The notes below the pieces were generated by a model. The model saw only the letters and a list, made by a program, of their open reading frames with translations. It was not told the DNA's origin and searched no databases. From the human T2T-CHM13v2.0 reference genome, Homo sapiens: 64,000 nt of DNA. The DNA is taken from NCBI RefSeq assembly GCF_009914755.1, contig NC_060947.1. The stretch is one strand, 5' to 3'. Positions 26,200 to 41,616 of this stretch are shown here, one piece after another (the first letter of the stretch is position 1; each line of letters opens with the position of its first letter). A program made the translations under genes and the position numbers.

Positions 26200-26463
26200 T
26201 GTAATATTTCAAAATGTATTGTTATGTTATACAGTCCATAAATACACATGATATTTAAATAGTCACTGTAGTCACAATAAAATGTATTGTTATGTTATAC
26301 AGTCCATAAATACACATATTTAAATATGTCACTGTACATATTATTTTATGTAATATTTCAAAATGTATTGTTATGTTATACAGTCCATAAATACACATGA
26401 TATTTAAATAGTCTACAGTGACTATCTAAAATGAGCATTAGAGCTCATTTTGTCTCTAATGCT
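26200..26463. repeat. Triplicated ~55-65 bp unit followed by inverted copies
   Basis: aaaatgtattgttatgttatacagtccataaatacacat x3; reverse-complement segments at 26413-26463. Confidence 0.9.
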
Positions 26464-29139
26464 TTCAACTGACTTTTACTTTGTCATTAATATAGCTATA
26501 CTGCTTTCATTTTGTGATTTGTTTCCATTTATTTGATGTAACTTGCCTAGTCTTTTACTTTCTACTTTTTCAGTTTGAGGTATATAATTTTTAGGTAAAA
26601 TATAGTTAGAATTGTTTTTCACCCAATTGGTGATTTTTAGTTTTTAAAATTATTGAATAGGTTTGCCAATTTTTATTTAAAGTCTTAAGCTTGGTCTCAC
26701 TTTTGTCATCCTCTTTTAAGCCCCATTTTCTATATTTATATAGTCCTTCATTTATTTTCTAACTTGTTCTGCATAATCTGTGCTTTCTTTTCCTTTTCTC
26801 TCTAGAAATTTAGAAAATGTATCCTCTCTTTTTAGTGCCACTAGTGGTTATTTTTGTAATTTAAAAAGAATGCATAGGGCTGTATTCATTTATTTGTCAC
26901 TTTTAGAAATAAAATTATATACATTGAGTTTATCTGGAACATAAGAATATTAGTACTTTAAAATTTCTTCCCACCTTTTACCTTTTATCCCAGGATTTTA
27001 GATTTTGTACTTTTGTTCAAAACTAAAATTTAAATCTGGTAGGAACTGGTAGCCATAATAATTTAAGTTTATTAGACAAAATTCAATGTTATGCTAATTT
27101 GAATGCATATCATTCCTTTCATAACTCAACTTTTCTATTGACTGATTTATTGATTTTTATTCTATTTTTCAGTTGCATAGATTATAGATTATGTCTTTAA
27201 GTAAATTTATCACAAAAGGGACAGAATTGGGGTACTTTAGTTTTTGTACATGTAAGAATATATTAAATATTTATTCTGATGCCTTTACACATGTATGACA
27301 AATTAGATGAATATAAAATTTGGGGATCATACCCTTTTACCTAAAAGTAGATATCTCTTAGGTATCTATTTCCTTCTGGGAACTAATGTTGCTGAGGAAA
27401 AGTCTCATTAGAATGTTCTGTTTCATATGCCAGAAATTTTAAAGTTTTTATCTTTTCTTGAAATTTTATAATATATAATAAATTTCAGTATTGGTGTTTG
27501 TCCATTTTTATTACTATTTCTTTACTCATGAAAAGCCCATTTGAACTGCCAAATCACTTTTTTTTTTTTTGTTTTAAGAGAATGTACTTCCATTAAATTA
27601 TTGAGAATTTTTTCCTGGTTATTTGTTCTGGTCCTATCTTCTTGCATATCAGTTGTTGATATGTCAAATCTCTATTATCTGTATTCTATAACTACATTTT
27701 CACTAATAACTTCCAAGTGTTAATGTGTGCTACTTCATTCAGTATAAAGTTGTCAAGTGTATTACTGGTTTCATTTTACTTATTTTGTTTTTTATATTTA
27801 TTTTTATTTAGGATTTTTGAATAAAAAATTATGCCTAAATTTTTTATTATATCCCAGATTACATTCTTTAAATCCTTATTTGAATATCATAGAAGCTTAT
27901 GTTGACATTTTTAAATTACAAAGGATGAAACTTAATAAATTCATCAAGTAGTTGTTGAAAATGTATATTTTTTTCCATTTCTTTGATAGAGTAAACTCTA
28001 TGATCATTCAGAGCATTATAATTGCTTTAGCTTTTCTAATGAATAAAGTCACTGTATATTACTACTTAACTCAGGTTCACTGATCTATTTTCTCTAGTTA
28101 ATGTCTCAAAGATAGGATGACTGATTTTTTTTCATCTTAGCATTTTTGTTTATCAATTTAGTAAGTATGACTGTAAATGACAAGAAACAACTTTCATCAA
28201 GAAAAATGGGGCTATAATTCTATGGGTTTAGTTGTTATTTGAGAAATTAGAGGACACCTAGGTGATATAAACAATATAATTTAATCATTGATTTTTATTA
28301 TAATTTTATACTGGTATAGGCTTTTACTTTGTGGTAACATTTAAATTTTTATGACATTTTGTTTGGTTTGTTGCTGAAGTAGAGGATATTTAAAATTCAA
28401 TTCATGCTTTTATTTTGAAAGAATCTCTACTATTAATAGTACGTTTGAAACAATTATGCTACTCATATTGTGACAGTCCAGTTTCACTCTTGTGTATTCC
28501 TTCCATTTATTTGACTATGTAAATGTCTGATTCTAATAATATATATGCTATTTGACCATAGGGTTCTTTATTCCTTATTTCTACTGCCAAAGTTTACCCA
28601 GTGTATGACACACAGAAAGTAGACTACTAATATAGGTTAAATCAATGTTTATGTGTCAAGCTGTCATTGTCATACTTGCAAGACTTTCACTCAGACACAG
28701 TTTCCTGTTTTTGTACCTTTCTCTCACTCACATCTACCTGGGCAGATCATTGCCTTCCCTGTCACCAATGTGGTGGGTGAAAAACAGCAGCATCAACCCA
28801 GCAGCAACCAGAAACAGATGTGAAATATCAGGACAGTGCTAGATCACAGCTGGGGTGAAGGTACTACTAATAAACTGAGGTCAATCAGGCCTCTGAGCAT
28901 TTCCTACACTCGGCCTTTGAGTTAGGTGGTAAAAAACGAAGAAGGCAGCTCTTGAATAAAACACTATCTGATGCTAAGATATAGTAGTGATTTTTTAGGA
29001 GCAGATGTTCACAAGGAAAGGTGCTGAGCCTGAATTTTAATATTTTTACCCGAAGGTTCACACGTGTCTCCCCAACACATACACACACCTACACACTCAT
29101 CAGCGGGTGCCAGGAGTGAGTGAGGGAAGGCATGTACAG

Positions 29140-29445
29140 GCAGAGTACAGATGATTTGTAAGCCAGTAAAAATAGTCTGTATGATATTATAATGATACAT
29201 ACATGTCATTATACCTTTATTCAAACACATAGAATGTACAATAGCAAGATTAAGCTCTAATGAAAACTATGAATATTTGGTAATAATAATGTATCAATAT
29301 AGGTTCTTATATTATAACAAATGGACCACTTCAGTAAATGAAGTTAATAGTGGAAGGCCGCGTAGGTGTGGGGGCTAACTTTGTACTTTCTGTCCAATTT
29401 TTTTTGTAACTCCAAAACTGATTTTTTAAAAAAAGTCTATTAAAG
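29140..29445 (+). mobile_element. L1MC/MD 3' UTR fragment
   Basis: acatgtcattatac...catagaatgtacaa...aatgtatcaatataggttc. Confidence 0.8.
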
Positions 29446-29559
29446 AAATCAGTGAAAAAAGAGCAAATTGTTTTCTATTGGTGAAATGGCCTCACTATAT
29501 GTAGAAAAAGTAAAGTGGGTTTTTCTATATAAACAGTATTTTTAAAAACTGCTCCAATT

Positions 29560-32500
29560 GGTGGAATAAAGATGGAATGAGGTGGTCAAATAGAACCCAC
29601 CAGCAATTGTCCCCACCACAGAAACATCAACTTGAACAACTATTTACACAAGAAATCACCTTCATAAGAAGCAAAAATGAGGTGAGTGCTCACGGTACCT
29701 AACTTTAACATCATAGCAAGAAAAGAGGCGCTGAAGAAGGTAGAAAAGACAGTCTTGAAGTGACAACATCACTCCTCTCCCTTCCTCTAGCAGGAGCTGC
29801 ATGGCACAGAGAGAAAATCTGTGTGCTTGGGGGAGGGAGAACAAAATGAACAGATTGTGAGCATTTAGACCAGCCCTAGCTAGAAAAGAATCATCCATCC
29901 CAGTGGTCAGAACCTGAGTTCTGGCTAGCCCCTCCACTACAGACTAAAGTGCTCTGGGGTTCTAAATAAACTTAAAAAGTAGTCTATGCCACAAGGACTG
30001 CAATTCCTGGGCAAGTCCTGGTACTGTGGTGGGCTCAGAGCTAATTGACATGAGGTTTACATGACCTAGTGAGACACTAGCCTGAGTGGCCAAGGGAGTG
30101 CTTACATTACCATACCCACAACCCCAGCTTGCAATTTCTGGAGTGACTCCTTCCTTTTGCTTGAGGAGAGGAGAAGGGAGAGTAAAGGGGACTTTGTCTT
30201 GCAACTTAGATACCAGCTCATCCACAATAGAATAAGGCACTAAGCAGCATCCTGAGACCCACACTTCAGGCCTTATCTCCCAGATGACATTTCTAGGCAC
30301 CTGCTAGACAAGAAGGGAACCTACTGCTTTAGAGGGAGGGACCCACTTCTGGCAGGATCCATCACCTGCTGACTAAAGTGCCCTTGGGCTTTGAATAAAC
30401 ATCAGTGGTAGTCAGGTAGGACCATGGGCCTTGGGTGAGCCCCAGGGCTGTGCTGACTTCTGGTATGACCCAGCATATTCCCAGTTGTGGTGGCTATGGA
30501 ACAAGACTCCTTCTGCTTGAGTAAAGGAGAGGGAAGAGTAAAGGAGACTTTATCTTGCAGTTTAGGTACTAGCTCAGCCGTAGTAAAATAGAACACAAAG
30601 TGGGCTTCTGGGCTGCCTGATTTCAGGCCTTGGCTTCTAGAAAGCATTTCTGGACTCACCCTGATTAGAAGGGATCCCATTGCCCCGAAGGGAGAGACCC
30701 AGGCCTGGCAGCATTTGCTACAAGCTAACTGAAGGGTCCGTAGACCATGAGTGAACATCAGTGGTAGAAAAGCAGTACTTGCTGTGGGCCTGGGGCAGTA
30801 CTGGTCATGGGGATAGTCTCCTTCTGCTTGAGGAAAAGAGGAAGAAGAGTGGAAAAGATTTTGTCTTGTGGTTTGGGTGCTAGGTCAGCCACAGAATAAC
30901 AGAGCATGAAGAGTTTCCTAAGTTTCCTGGCTCTGGGCCTTGGCTACCAGATGGCATTTCTGGACTTATTCTTTGAGGGGTGGGGGCGGGGCAGGGCAGG
31001 CTGTGGCTAGCTTGCTACCCTGAAGAGAAGAACACAAGCATGGCTAGATTCATTACCTTCTGGCTGAAGAGCTATTGGGCCTTAAGTGAACATTTGTGGT
31101 AGTCAGACAGTGGTCACCATTGGCCTAGGGTTAGCCCCAGTGCTGTGCTGGCTTCAAGTCTGACCCAGTGCAGTCCTAGTGCTGGTGGCACAAGGGTGCT
31201 TGTGTCACCCCTCCCCATCTCCAGGAAGCTCAGCACAGAGAGAGACATTCTATTTGTTTGGGGGAAAGTAAGGGAAGAGAATAAGGGTCTCTGCCTAGTG
31301 ATCGAGAGAATTCTCTCAGATCTTACCCAAGGTCATCAAGGCAGTACCTCTAGGAGTCTGCAAGAGTCAGCGATACTGGCTGTGAGTGCCTTCTAATGTA
31401 GATATGGCTGCAGACACTGAAGACTTAGATCACAACACTCAATTTCCTTTGAGTACCCGGAACACCTTCACAAGAAGGAAAGGTACAAATAAGCCCAGAC
31501 TGTGAAAACTATAATAAATACCTAATTCTTCAGTGTCCGGATGTCAAGAAATATCTGCAAGCATCAAGACCGTCTAGGAAAACATGACCTCACCAAGCAA
31601 ACTAAATAAGGCACCAGTGAGGAATCCTGGAGTGATAGAGATATGTGACCTTTCAGACAGAAAATTTAAAATAGCTGTTTTGAGGAAGCCTAATGAAATT
31701 CATTATAACAAAGAGAAGGAATTGAGAATACTATTATATACAATTTAACAAAGAGATTGAAATAATTTTTTTAAATTATTTTAAGCAGAAATTCTGGAGC
31801 TTGAAAATGCAATTGATATAGTGAAGAATGCATCAGAGTATCCCAACAGCAGAACTGATCGAGCAGAAAAAGAATGAGTGATCTTGAAGACATGCTACTT
31901 GAAAATATACAGTCAGAGGATACAAAAGAAAAATATAATAATGTACACCAACACAATCTAGAAAATAACCTCAAAAGGGCAAATCTAAGAGTTTTTGGAT
32001 GTAAAGAGGAGATAGAGAGACAGAGATTGTGATAGAAAGTTATTCAAAGGGATCATAACAAAGAACATTCCAAATTTAGAGAAAGATACAAATATTCAAA
32101 TACAAGAAGCTTATAGGCCACCAAGTGGATTTAACCTAAATAAGACTACCTTGAGACATCTGATAATCACACTATCAAGGTCAAGGATACAGAAGGGATC
32201 CAGAAAGCAGAAACAGAAAAGAAACAGCAAAAACATACATAAAACAAAGATACAATACTTCCAGCAACTGACTTTCATTGAAAATCTTATAAGCCAGAGC
32301 AGAGTGATACGACATTTTTAAATGACTGAAGAAAAACAAATGCTTATCATAGAATAGTATATCCAGCAAAAATATACTTCAAACATGAGGAAATACAGAC
32401 TTTCCCAGACCCACAAAAAATGCTGAGTGATTTCAATAATGGAAGACCTGTCCTACAAGAAATTCTAAAGGAAATTATTCAATCTGAAACAAAAGGACAT

Positions 32501-34061
32501 TAACAAGCAAGTAAGAAATAATCTGAAGGTAAAAGACTCACTGATAATAGTAAGTACACAGACCAAAACAGAATATTTACCTCTGTAATTGCACTGTGTA
32601 AACTGCTCCTATCTTGAGGAGAAAGACTAAATGATGAATCTATCAAAAGTAATAACAATGACGTTCAAGACATAGTATAAACAGATATAAACATAAACAA
32701 AAAGTAAAAAAGCTGGGGGGATTAAGTTAATTGTAGAATTTGTATTAGTTTTCTCTTTTCTTGTTCATAAATTTGTTTTTGCAAGCCATGCTAAGTTGTC
32801 ATAACTTTAAAATAATGGGTTATAAGAAGTTATTTGCAAGCCTCATGGCAATCTTAAGTCAAAAACCTACAAGGGATACACAAAAGATAAAAAGCAATAA
32901 ATCAAAACATAAAACAAGAGGATCACATCAAGTTAAAAAGTTTCTGCACAGCAAAGGAAACAATAAACAAAGTTTAAACAGCTCATAGAATGGAAGAAAA
33001 TATTTTCAAACTACCTACCTGACAAGGGATTAATAACTAGAATATGTAAGGAACTTGAACAACTCTACAGGAAAAAATCTAATCGTGATTAAAAATGGGC
33101 AAAATATTTGAATAGATGTTTTTCAAAATAAGACATAAAATGGCAAACATTAACATCATTGATCAACGGAGAAATGCAAATCAAAACTGCAATATCATCT
33201 CACCCCAGTCAAAATGGCTTATATTCAATAGAGAGGTAATAACAAATGCTGGTGAGGATGTGGAGAAAGGGGAAACCTGGTGGTTGGTACACTGTTGGTG
33301 GGAATGTGAATTAGTACAGCCACCATGTAGAACATTTCAGGTTCCTCATAAAACTAAAAATAGAACTGCCATATGATCTAGCAATCCCACTGCTAAGTAT
33401 ATACCCCAAAAAAGGAGATCAGCATATCAAAGAGATCTCTGTACTCCCATGTTTATTGTAGCACTATTCACAGTTAGTAGAATTTTGAATCAACCTGTTT
33501 ATCAACAAATGAATGGATGACAAAAAGGTGGCACATATACAAAATGGAGTACTCTTCAGCCATAGAAAAAATAAGATTCTGTTATTTGCAACAACATTTA
33601 TGAAAGTGGAAGCCAGACATTATGTTAAGTGAAATAAGTGAGGCATAGAAAGACAAACTTTTCATGCTCTCATTCATTTGTGGGAGATAAAACTTGAAAC
33701 AATTGAACTCTTGGAGATAGTGGAATAATGGTTACCAGAGGCTGAGAAGTGGGAGGAAAGTGGGGTTGGTTAATAGGTATGAAAATATATTTAGATCAAA
33801 TCAATAAGATCTAGCAGTTGATACCATAACAGGGTAACTGTAGTCAACAATACTTTACTGCATATTTTAAAGTAACTATAAGAGTATAATTGGAATGTTT
33901 GTAACACAAATAAATGATGAATGCTTGAGATGATAAATTCTCCACTTACTCTGATGCAATTATTATGCATTGAACATCTGCATCAAAATATCTCATGTAC
34001 CACATAAATATATACACCTAATATGTGCTCATAACAATTAAAAATTATTTAAATTTAAAAA
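29560..34061 (+). mobile_element. L1MA3/4-type element: long 5'UTR, ORF1 relic, large ORF2 deletion, 3'UTR
   Basis: 5'UTR with ~310-360 bp sub-repeats; ORF1 relic about 31560-32520; jump to ORF2 C-terminus at about 32919; L1MA 3'UTR and A-rich end. Confidence 0.9.
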
Positions 34062-34424
34062 TATATACCTCAAATGGAGATGGCACCAGAGCAAATATGG
34101 CAAAGGCTTATACAATAAATATCCACATTAGAATGTCTGAAGAATGGGCCCAGGAGTATGCAGTTTGTAAAAGTACCTTAATTTGATTCTAACTGGCACC
34201 TCCAGCTAATAAAACCTGCTCAGATCACATCTTTGATACTTTAATACATAGCACAATAATTTGTTTTGTGACATGCTTTGGCATCATTTGACCAAAGTTC
34301 TATGGCCATATCGGCAATGACTTTAAAAATATATAACTGTTCATATAAGAAATTGATTATGTCAAAGTTTGCCAGACAACCTCAGATGAGAAAATAATAG
34401 GTATTTTGTATAAGAAATGTTTTT

Positions 34425-34547
34425 TGCCTTTCTTGCCATATGACATGCTTGCTCTCCCTTTGCCTTCTGCCATGATTATAAGCTCTTTAAGACCCCCACC
34501 AGAAGCAGACACCAGCACTATGCTTCTTGTGCAGTCTACAGAACTGT
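34425..34547 (+). mobile_element. MST LTR fragment
   Basis: gccttctgccatgatt...ccagaagcaga...atgcttcttgtgcagtctacagaactgtg. Confidence 0.8.
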
Positions 34548-34911
34548 GTCAACACGATTGGATTAAGGAATACCTAGAGAAGTGGTAAAATGTTACTGCT
34601 GGGTGAGTTTGTGAGAGAGTTTCCAGACGAGACTGCCATAGCTGGGACTCTTCTTCTCCTTCCCTTGGACATCGGAACTCCAGGCTCTCTGGGCTTTCTA
34701 CTCCAGAACGTAAACCAGGGGCCACCCAGTTTCCCAGGCCTTTGGTCTTGTACTGAGAATTACACCAACAGCTTTTCTGGTTCTGAGGTTTTCACATTTG
34801 GACAGAGTCACGCTATTAGCATCCCAGGGTCTCCAGCTTGCAAACAGCCTACTGTAGGACTTCTCAGCCTCCATAATTACATGAGTCAATTCTACTAATA
34901 AATCTCTCATC

Positions 34912-35218
34912 GGCTGGGTGCGGTAGCTCACGCCTGTAATCCCAGCACTTTGGGATGCTGAGGTGGGTGGATCACGAGGTCAGGAGATCGAGACCATCGT
35001 GGCTAACACGGTGAAACTCCGTCTCTACTAAAAAAAAAAAAATACAAAAAATTAGCTGGGCATGGTGGTGGGCACCTGTAGTCCCAGCTACTCGGGAGGC
35101 TGAGGCAGGAGAATGGCATGAACCCGGGAGGCGGAGCTTGCAGTCAGCAGAGATGGCACCACTGTACCCCAGCCTGGGCAGCAGAGTGAGATTCCGTCTC
35201 AAAATAAATAAATAAATA
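34912..35218 (+). mobile_element. AluY with (TAAA)n tail
   Basis: AluY diagnostics (ggctaacacggtg; gagaatggc.tgaacccgggaggcggagcttgcag); 15-bp TSD aataaatctctcatc. Confidence 0.96.
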
Positions 35219-35229
35219 AATAAATCTCT

Positions 35230-35247
35230 CATCTATCTATCTATCTA

Positions 35248-35306
<59 letters not shown>

Positions 35307-35316
35307 ATCTATCTAT
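35230..35316. repeat. (TCTA)n tetranucleotide STR
   Basis: Directly visible. Confidence 0.98.
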
Positions 35317-35774
35317 CCTATTGGTTCTGTCTTTCTGGAGAAGCCTTAACATAGACATCAAAAGCCTAGCTTACATCGCAGGCAGAATCTTTGGAATAAA
35401 AGGAAGTAAGGGGAGGGACTATGGTAATGTCTCTCCATGTTGTGGAAGACTGACCTTGGGAATAGAAGTAAAACTCCTTTGGAGGCACAAAAATCTTGTG
35501 GACCTTTTATCCAAAGAGTTTTAGAAATCAATTTGGCTACCTAAACAGAATGTATTATTATCTAGAGCAATTAAATGAAATGTCTACATGTCTGTCAAAA
35601 GAACACCCGAAATAAATTTGAGACCAATGAAAAAAAGAACTTTTTTGTTGAAATCCTAATAATATGAGGTTCATTTTTTAAGGATTAAAAGATATGTTAC
35701 TATAAAAAGTCAGTGAAGACTAACAAATTAAGACATCACCATAAAAATAATAAGAAGTAACTACTATTGTTATT

Positions 35775-36021
35775 TCTATCACTTAAATAGTGTTTACTGT
35801 ATATAGGCACCATTCGCAGTGTTATACATATATTAACTAATTTAGTCCTCATATTAACTTTATTAGGTAGGTGTTATTATTGTTTCTGTTTGGAAAATGA
35901 AGAAACAATTGTAGACAAAGATTAAGTAACTTGTCCAAAGTCACACAACCAATGGTGGTGTAGCTGGGATTCAAATCCAAATATTTCATCTCCAGAGTCT
36001 ATACCCTTAGCCAGCACACTA
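35775..36021 (-). mobile_element. MIR
   Basis: MIR core aaatgaagaaac...ttaagtaacttgtccaaagtcacaca...gggattcaaatcca. Confidence 0.88.
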
Positions 36022-36205
36022 AATATAAACTATGCCTAGTTTTTAAAAATATTGAAAAAAAATTACAGTAGAAACTGGACAAGAGTAAAGGAGAATATTG
36101 TATTTTAAGAGAACATGTAACTTAAAGAATACAAGGAGAAAAGTTGAAAAGAAAAATGAAAGGAACAGAAATTATAAAAGCATTTCAACACATATTTTGG
36201 AAGTA

Positions 36206-36551
36206 CAGTCATGCATTGCTTAATGTCAGGGATATGTTCTGATAATTGTGCCTTTAGGCAATTTTGTCACTGTGTGAACACCATAGAGCATACTTACACA
36301 AGCCTTTATGATATAGCCTGCTACACATACAGGCTATAACGTATAGCTGTTGCACCTAGGCTACAAACCTGTGCAGCATGTTCCAGTATTGAGTATTGTA
36401 GGTAATTGTAACACAATGGTAAATATTTATATATCTAAACATACCTAAACACAGAAAAGTTACAGTAAAAATACAGTATTATAATCTTATTGGACCACTG
36501 TTTATATATGTGGTCCCTTGTTACCTGAAATAATGTAATGTTGGGTGACTA
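36206..36551 (+). mobile_element. Tigger3a (MER7A) TcMar MITE
   Basis: TA|cagtcatgc...tgact.|TA; internal cctaggctacaaacctgtgcagcatg. Confidence 0.9.
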
Positions 36552-37853
36552 TATTATGTATGAACCTGCAAGTGTTCTAACTGCAAAGGATAATTCAGTG
36601 AAAAATAGACAAGGAAAGCATGGAGGTACCAGAAATTATGGAATAGAGCTGGATTTTCTGATTGTGTCGATTTTTCTTTGGATTATAAAAGATTATTCTT
36701 TCACTTCAAAGCACTTCACCCTTCAGCACCTAAGAGTGTAGCCCTTTAATACGAATCTACGCCACCTTGAATAAGAATATTTTTCAGACTATCTGTAGAA
36801 AGAGGGCATGGCTCTGAATTCAGCAACTATGCACAGCTGAACTGAAGGAATGTTTAGTAGCTCTACCTCAGAATTCATTCTCATTACTGGCAAATATCTT
36901 TTCATGCTTGTTGTGTTTCTCTAACTAGATAGAGTTGCTCACTAATACTGATGACTTTGTTTTCTACTTATTTTCTTATCTATTTCCAATAACTGATTCT
37001 AGAATTCAGATTATTTTATACATCTAAAGGAATAGTGTCATAAAAGATTCAAGTAATCTTTGCATATTTTATTTCTCCCAGTTACTAAGTGATATATGGT
37101 ATGACTTTTAAAATAAAAAACATATTAGTGATAACAGCTTACTATTGTTTACAACTAACCCTAAATGGTTAAGGAAAACATGTGGCATATTTAGCAAGAA
37201 GCTAGCATATACTGCCTGTTTCTGAGAGGAGCAGCTGCACGAAATGTTGATGCAATTCTCAGTATTGCAATGTAGGTAAATATCAGAGTACATTTCTGTA
37301 CAAATCTAATTAATCCTAGATTTGTTTTTTAAATTGAGAAAATAAATTGAAACCCCAAGTCAAAAAATGTATTCAACCAAAAGACAATAAAATTCATGTA
37401 GTATAGTAACTTTAATTGTTCATGGGAGTTCAGTTCAGACCCAATTTAATCTTTGAAACCTTAAGGATCGACCCTTATTTTTAATAGAAAAATTATATCT
37501 CTCTAATGAAAGGTGAAAATTGTGATTTGTGTAATTTATTTATTATGCTATGGCATAACTTTGCATTAGCAATTGCTATTATATAATTATGCAATTTATG
37601 ATTTTAAAAATAATTGATACATGTGTTTTTTCACTTACAGAGACCCTCTTCTGATGAATGAGAGGGAGGCAGTCTTTCATTTACGTGCAACAAAAAAGGA
37701 ATAGATATAGCCCATAGAAAAAACAAAAAACTTCACAACCTAATCAATTTCCTTTATCTTGAGTCACAGTTTCTTCTTGTTTAATTAATTACACTTTTGT
37801 TAGAGACAATGATACACGTGAATTATCATGTTTCCTCCATACAATTCCTCTTC

Positions 37854-37867
37854 TGTGTGTGTGGGGG

Positions 37868-37895
<28 letters not shown>
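37854..37895. repeat. Interrupted (GT)n microsatellite
   Basis: Directly visible. Confidence 0.97.
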
Positions 37896-37900
<5 letters not shown>

Positions 37901-38871
37901 TTCCTTCATCTGTCTGATTTCTGAGTTTCTATAGTTCTTTCCACTTATTTGAACAAATGTGGCAATTATTACATTTTAATAAGGATTAATTATGAGTCTA
38001 ATATTTTCATACCCACTTTTCCTGCCATAAAATGCTCGTGCAAACCCCAGGATTTTCAACTTCCCAAGGGAAATAGCCTTTATTTTATTTTATTATTAAA
38101 CCTTAAGTAAATTGTAGAAATTGAATTTAGCAAACAAGTACAATTCATGCAAACATTCCAAAATGTTTGTTTTTGTCTTTGTAACATACGACTATTTCAA
38201 ACCCACTATCCAAACTGATTGTGGAAAAGAGCCAGCTACAGAGAAGTTTTACAGACATTGGGTCAAAGAAACAACCTTCCTTATTTTCATGTAACAGAGA
38301 ATGAGGTCTATATTGCAAAATACATGTGTCTTACTTATAATTCATGTGATAAGTGGTATTAAGAAAGCTAGAGTTGTTTAATTTAATAGCATATAACTGT
38401 ACATTAAACAGACATAGGTGAAATTATAGGTTTATCTACTAGTTGTCTTTCTCTCTCAGTTCTACAGAAATACAGCCTTTGGTTACATTTTATCACTGTG
38501 GGCTGTTTATCTCCTGTTCTGTTATAAAATAGACTTCTGTGTATGGGTTCCCATCATGCTACATTCAAACAGCCCATGGGATACTTTAGGGAGAATGGTG
38601 ATAAGCTATTCTATTGACAGAGTGGTTGAGGCCTTCCATTGAGTTATTACGGATCTGTGTTACATTCATGTTGGCATGAGCCTGAGGAAGAAAATTCTGA
38701 ATAATGTGAAAAGTCAGCACCTGGGAGGGATGCTCGGGGTTCTAAGAGAAACAAATATAGTGTCTGACATCCTTATCCAAACTAGAGCATTAGTAGGTAG
38801 GATCTAAAATGAATGAAGGTGTGTATTTCAATGGTCTTTGAGAGTGTGGTCTACATAATTCAATGTGTGAT

Positions 38872-39280
38872 TGTATTGGTCTGTTCTCACAGTGTTATAA
38901 AAAATACCTGATACTGTATAATTTATAATGAAAAGACATTTAATTGGCTCATGGTTCTGCAAGCTGTATAGGAACCATGATGCTGGCATCTCCTCAGCTT
39001 CTAGGGAAGCCTCAGGTAACTTACAATCATGGTGGAAAGCAGAGGGGGAGTGAACATTTCACATAGCCAGTGCAGGAGGAAGACAATGAGCAGGGAGGTG
39101 CTACACACTTTTAAACAGCTAGATCTCACAAGAACTCACTATCCTGACAACAATACCAAGGGAGATTGTGTTAAACCATTCATGAGAAACCACTCCCATG
39201 ATCAAATCACCAGGCTCCACCTCCAACATTGGGGATTACAATTTGACATTAGAGTGGAGACACAGATCCAAACCACATCA
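38872..39280 (-). mobile_element. MSTA/B solo LTR
   Basis: tgtattggtctgttctc...gagacacagatccaaaccacatca; TSD gtgat/gtgac. Confidence 0.92.
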
Positions 39281-39572
39281 GTGACTGAATGACGTGATAT
39301 CAAAATAAAGACTATCCTACCCACATCATTGATTAACAAAACCAAGGACTTATTCATGAACAGAGAGGCATAGGACTACTAACTACAAGTTTTGCTAGTG
39401 CTCAGAATATAATTTTATTGGAATAATTTAAAAGAAAGCCTTAGATATAGATATCTCGAATATTACGTTTATAGACTCTCCACAATCTCTGAGAATGCTG
39501 GCATGCAAATCTTCACCCTTTAATATCAAATTTTCACATTCATGGCTATTGAGGATGAATATGTATTGGGGT

Positions 39573-41125
<1,553 letters not shown>

Positions 41126-41185
41126 TTATTTAATGTTAGATAGCTCATAAGGCGCATAGGAAACCTGAGGGAATAAATTTATAAG

Positions 41186-41600
41186 TGTCTTAGTTAATTT
41201 TCTGTACTTATAACAAAACACCTGAAAGTGGGTATTTATAATGAAAGGAATTTATTTCTTACTGTTATCAAGGCTGAGGAACCACATCTAATGAGAGCCT
41301 TTTTGCTGGTGGAGACAGTCTTGTGGTGTCTTGAAGCGGTGCAGTGTAACACATGGCAGAGGAGCAGAGCATGCTTGCGTGCTAACTGAGGTCTTTCTTT
41401 TTGTATGAAGCCACCAGTTCTCCTCCCATGATAACCCATTAAGCCATTAACCCACTAATCCATTAATCCATAAATGGATTAACCCATTCATGAGGGCAGA
41501 GTCCTCATGATCCAATCACCTCTTAAAGGCCCCATATTTCATTGCCGCCACGTTGAAGATTAAGTGAATTTCGGAGAGGACAATTATTCAAACCTTAGCA
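41186..41600 (-). mobile_element. MSTC/D-like MaLR LTR
   Basis: tgtcttagtt...(ccattaa)n region...attcaaaccttagca. Confidence 0.85.
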
Positions 41601-41616
41601 AAAGCTAAGACAAGAG

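Larger units (their letters stand above)
21950..28000 (-). mobile_element. Highly decayed L1ME/L1M fragments, interrupted by younger elements and small L2/L1MC pieces
   Basis: T-rich text with antisense L1 ORF2 remnants; boundaries approximate. Confidence 0.5.
34545..35355 (+). mobile_element. MLT2B-like LTR interrupted by AluY and a TCTA repeat
   Basis: tgtcaacacgattggattaagg...cctattggttctgtctttctggagaagcc. Confidence 0.88.

Noticed and set aside
30977-30996. G-quadruplex/GC-box motif; also the G-tract at 63905-63938
   Set aside because: Both lie within L1 UTRs where G-rich tracts are expected; nothing indicates function.
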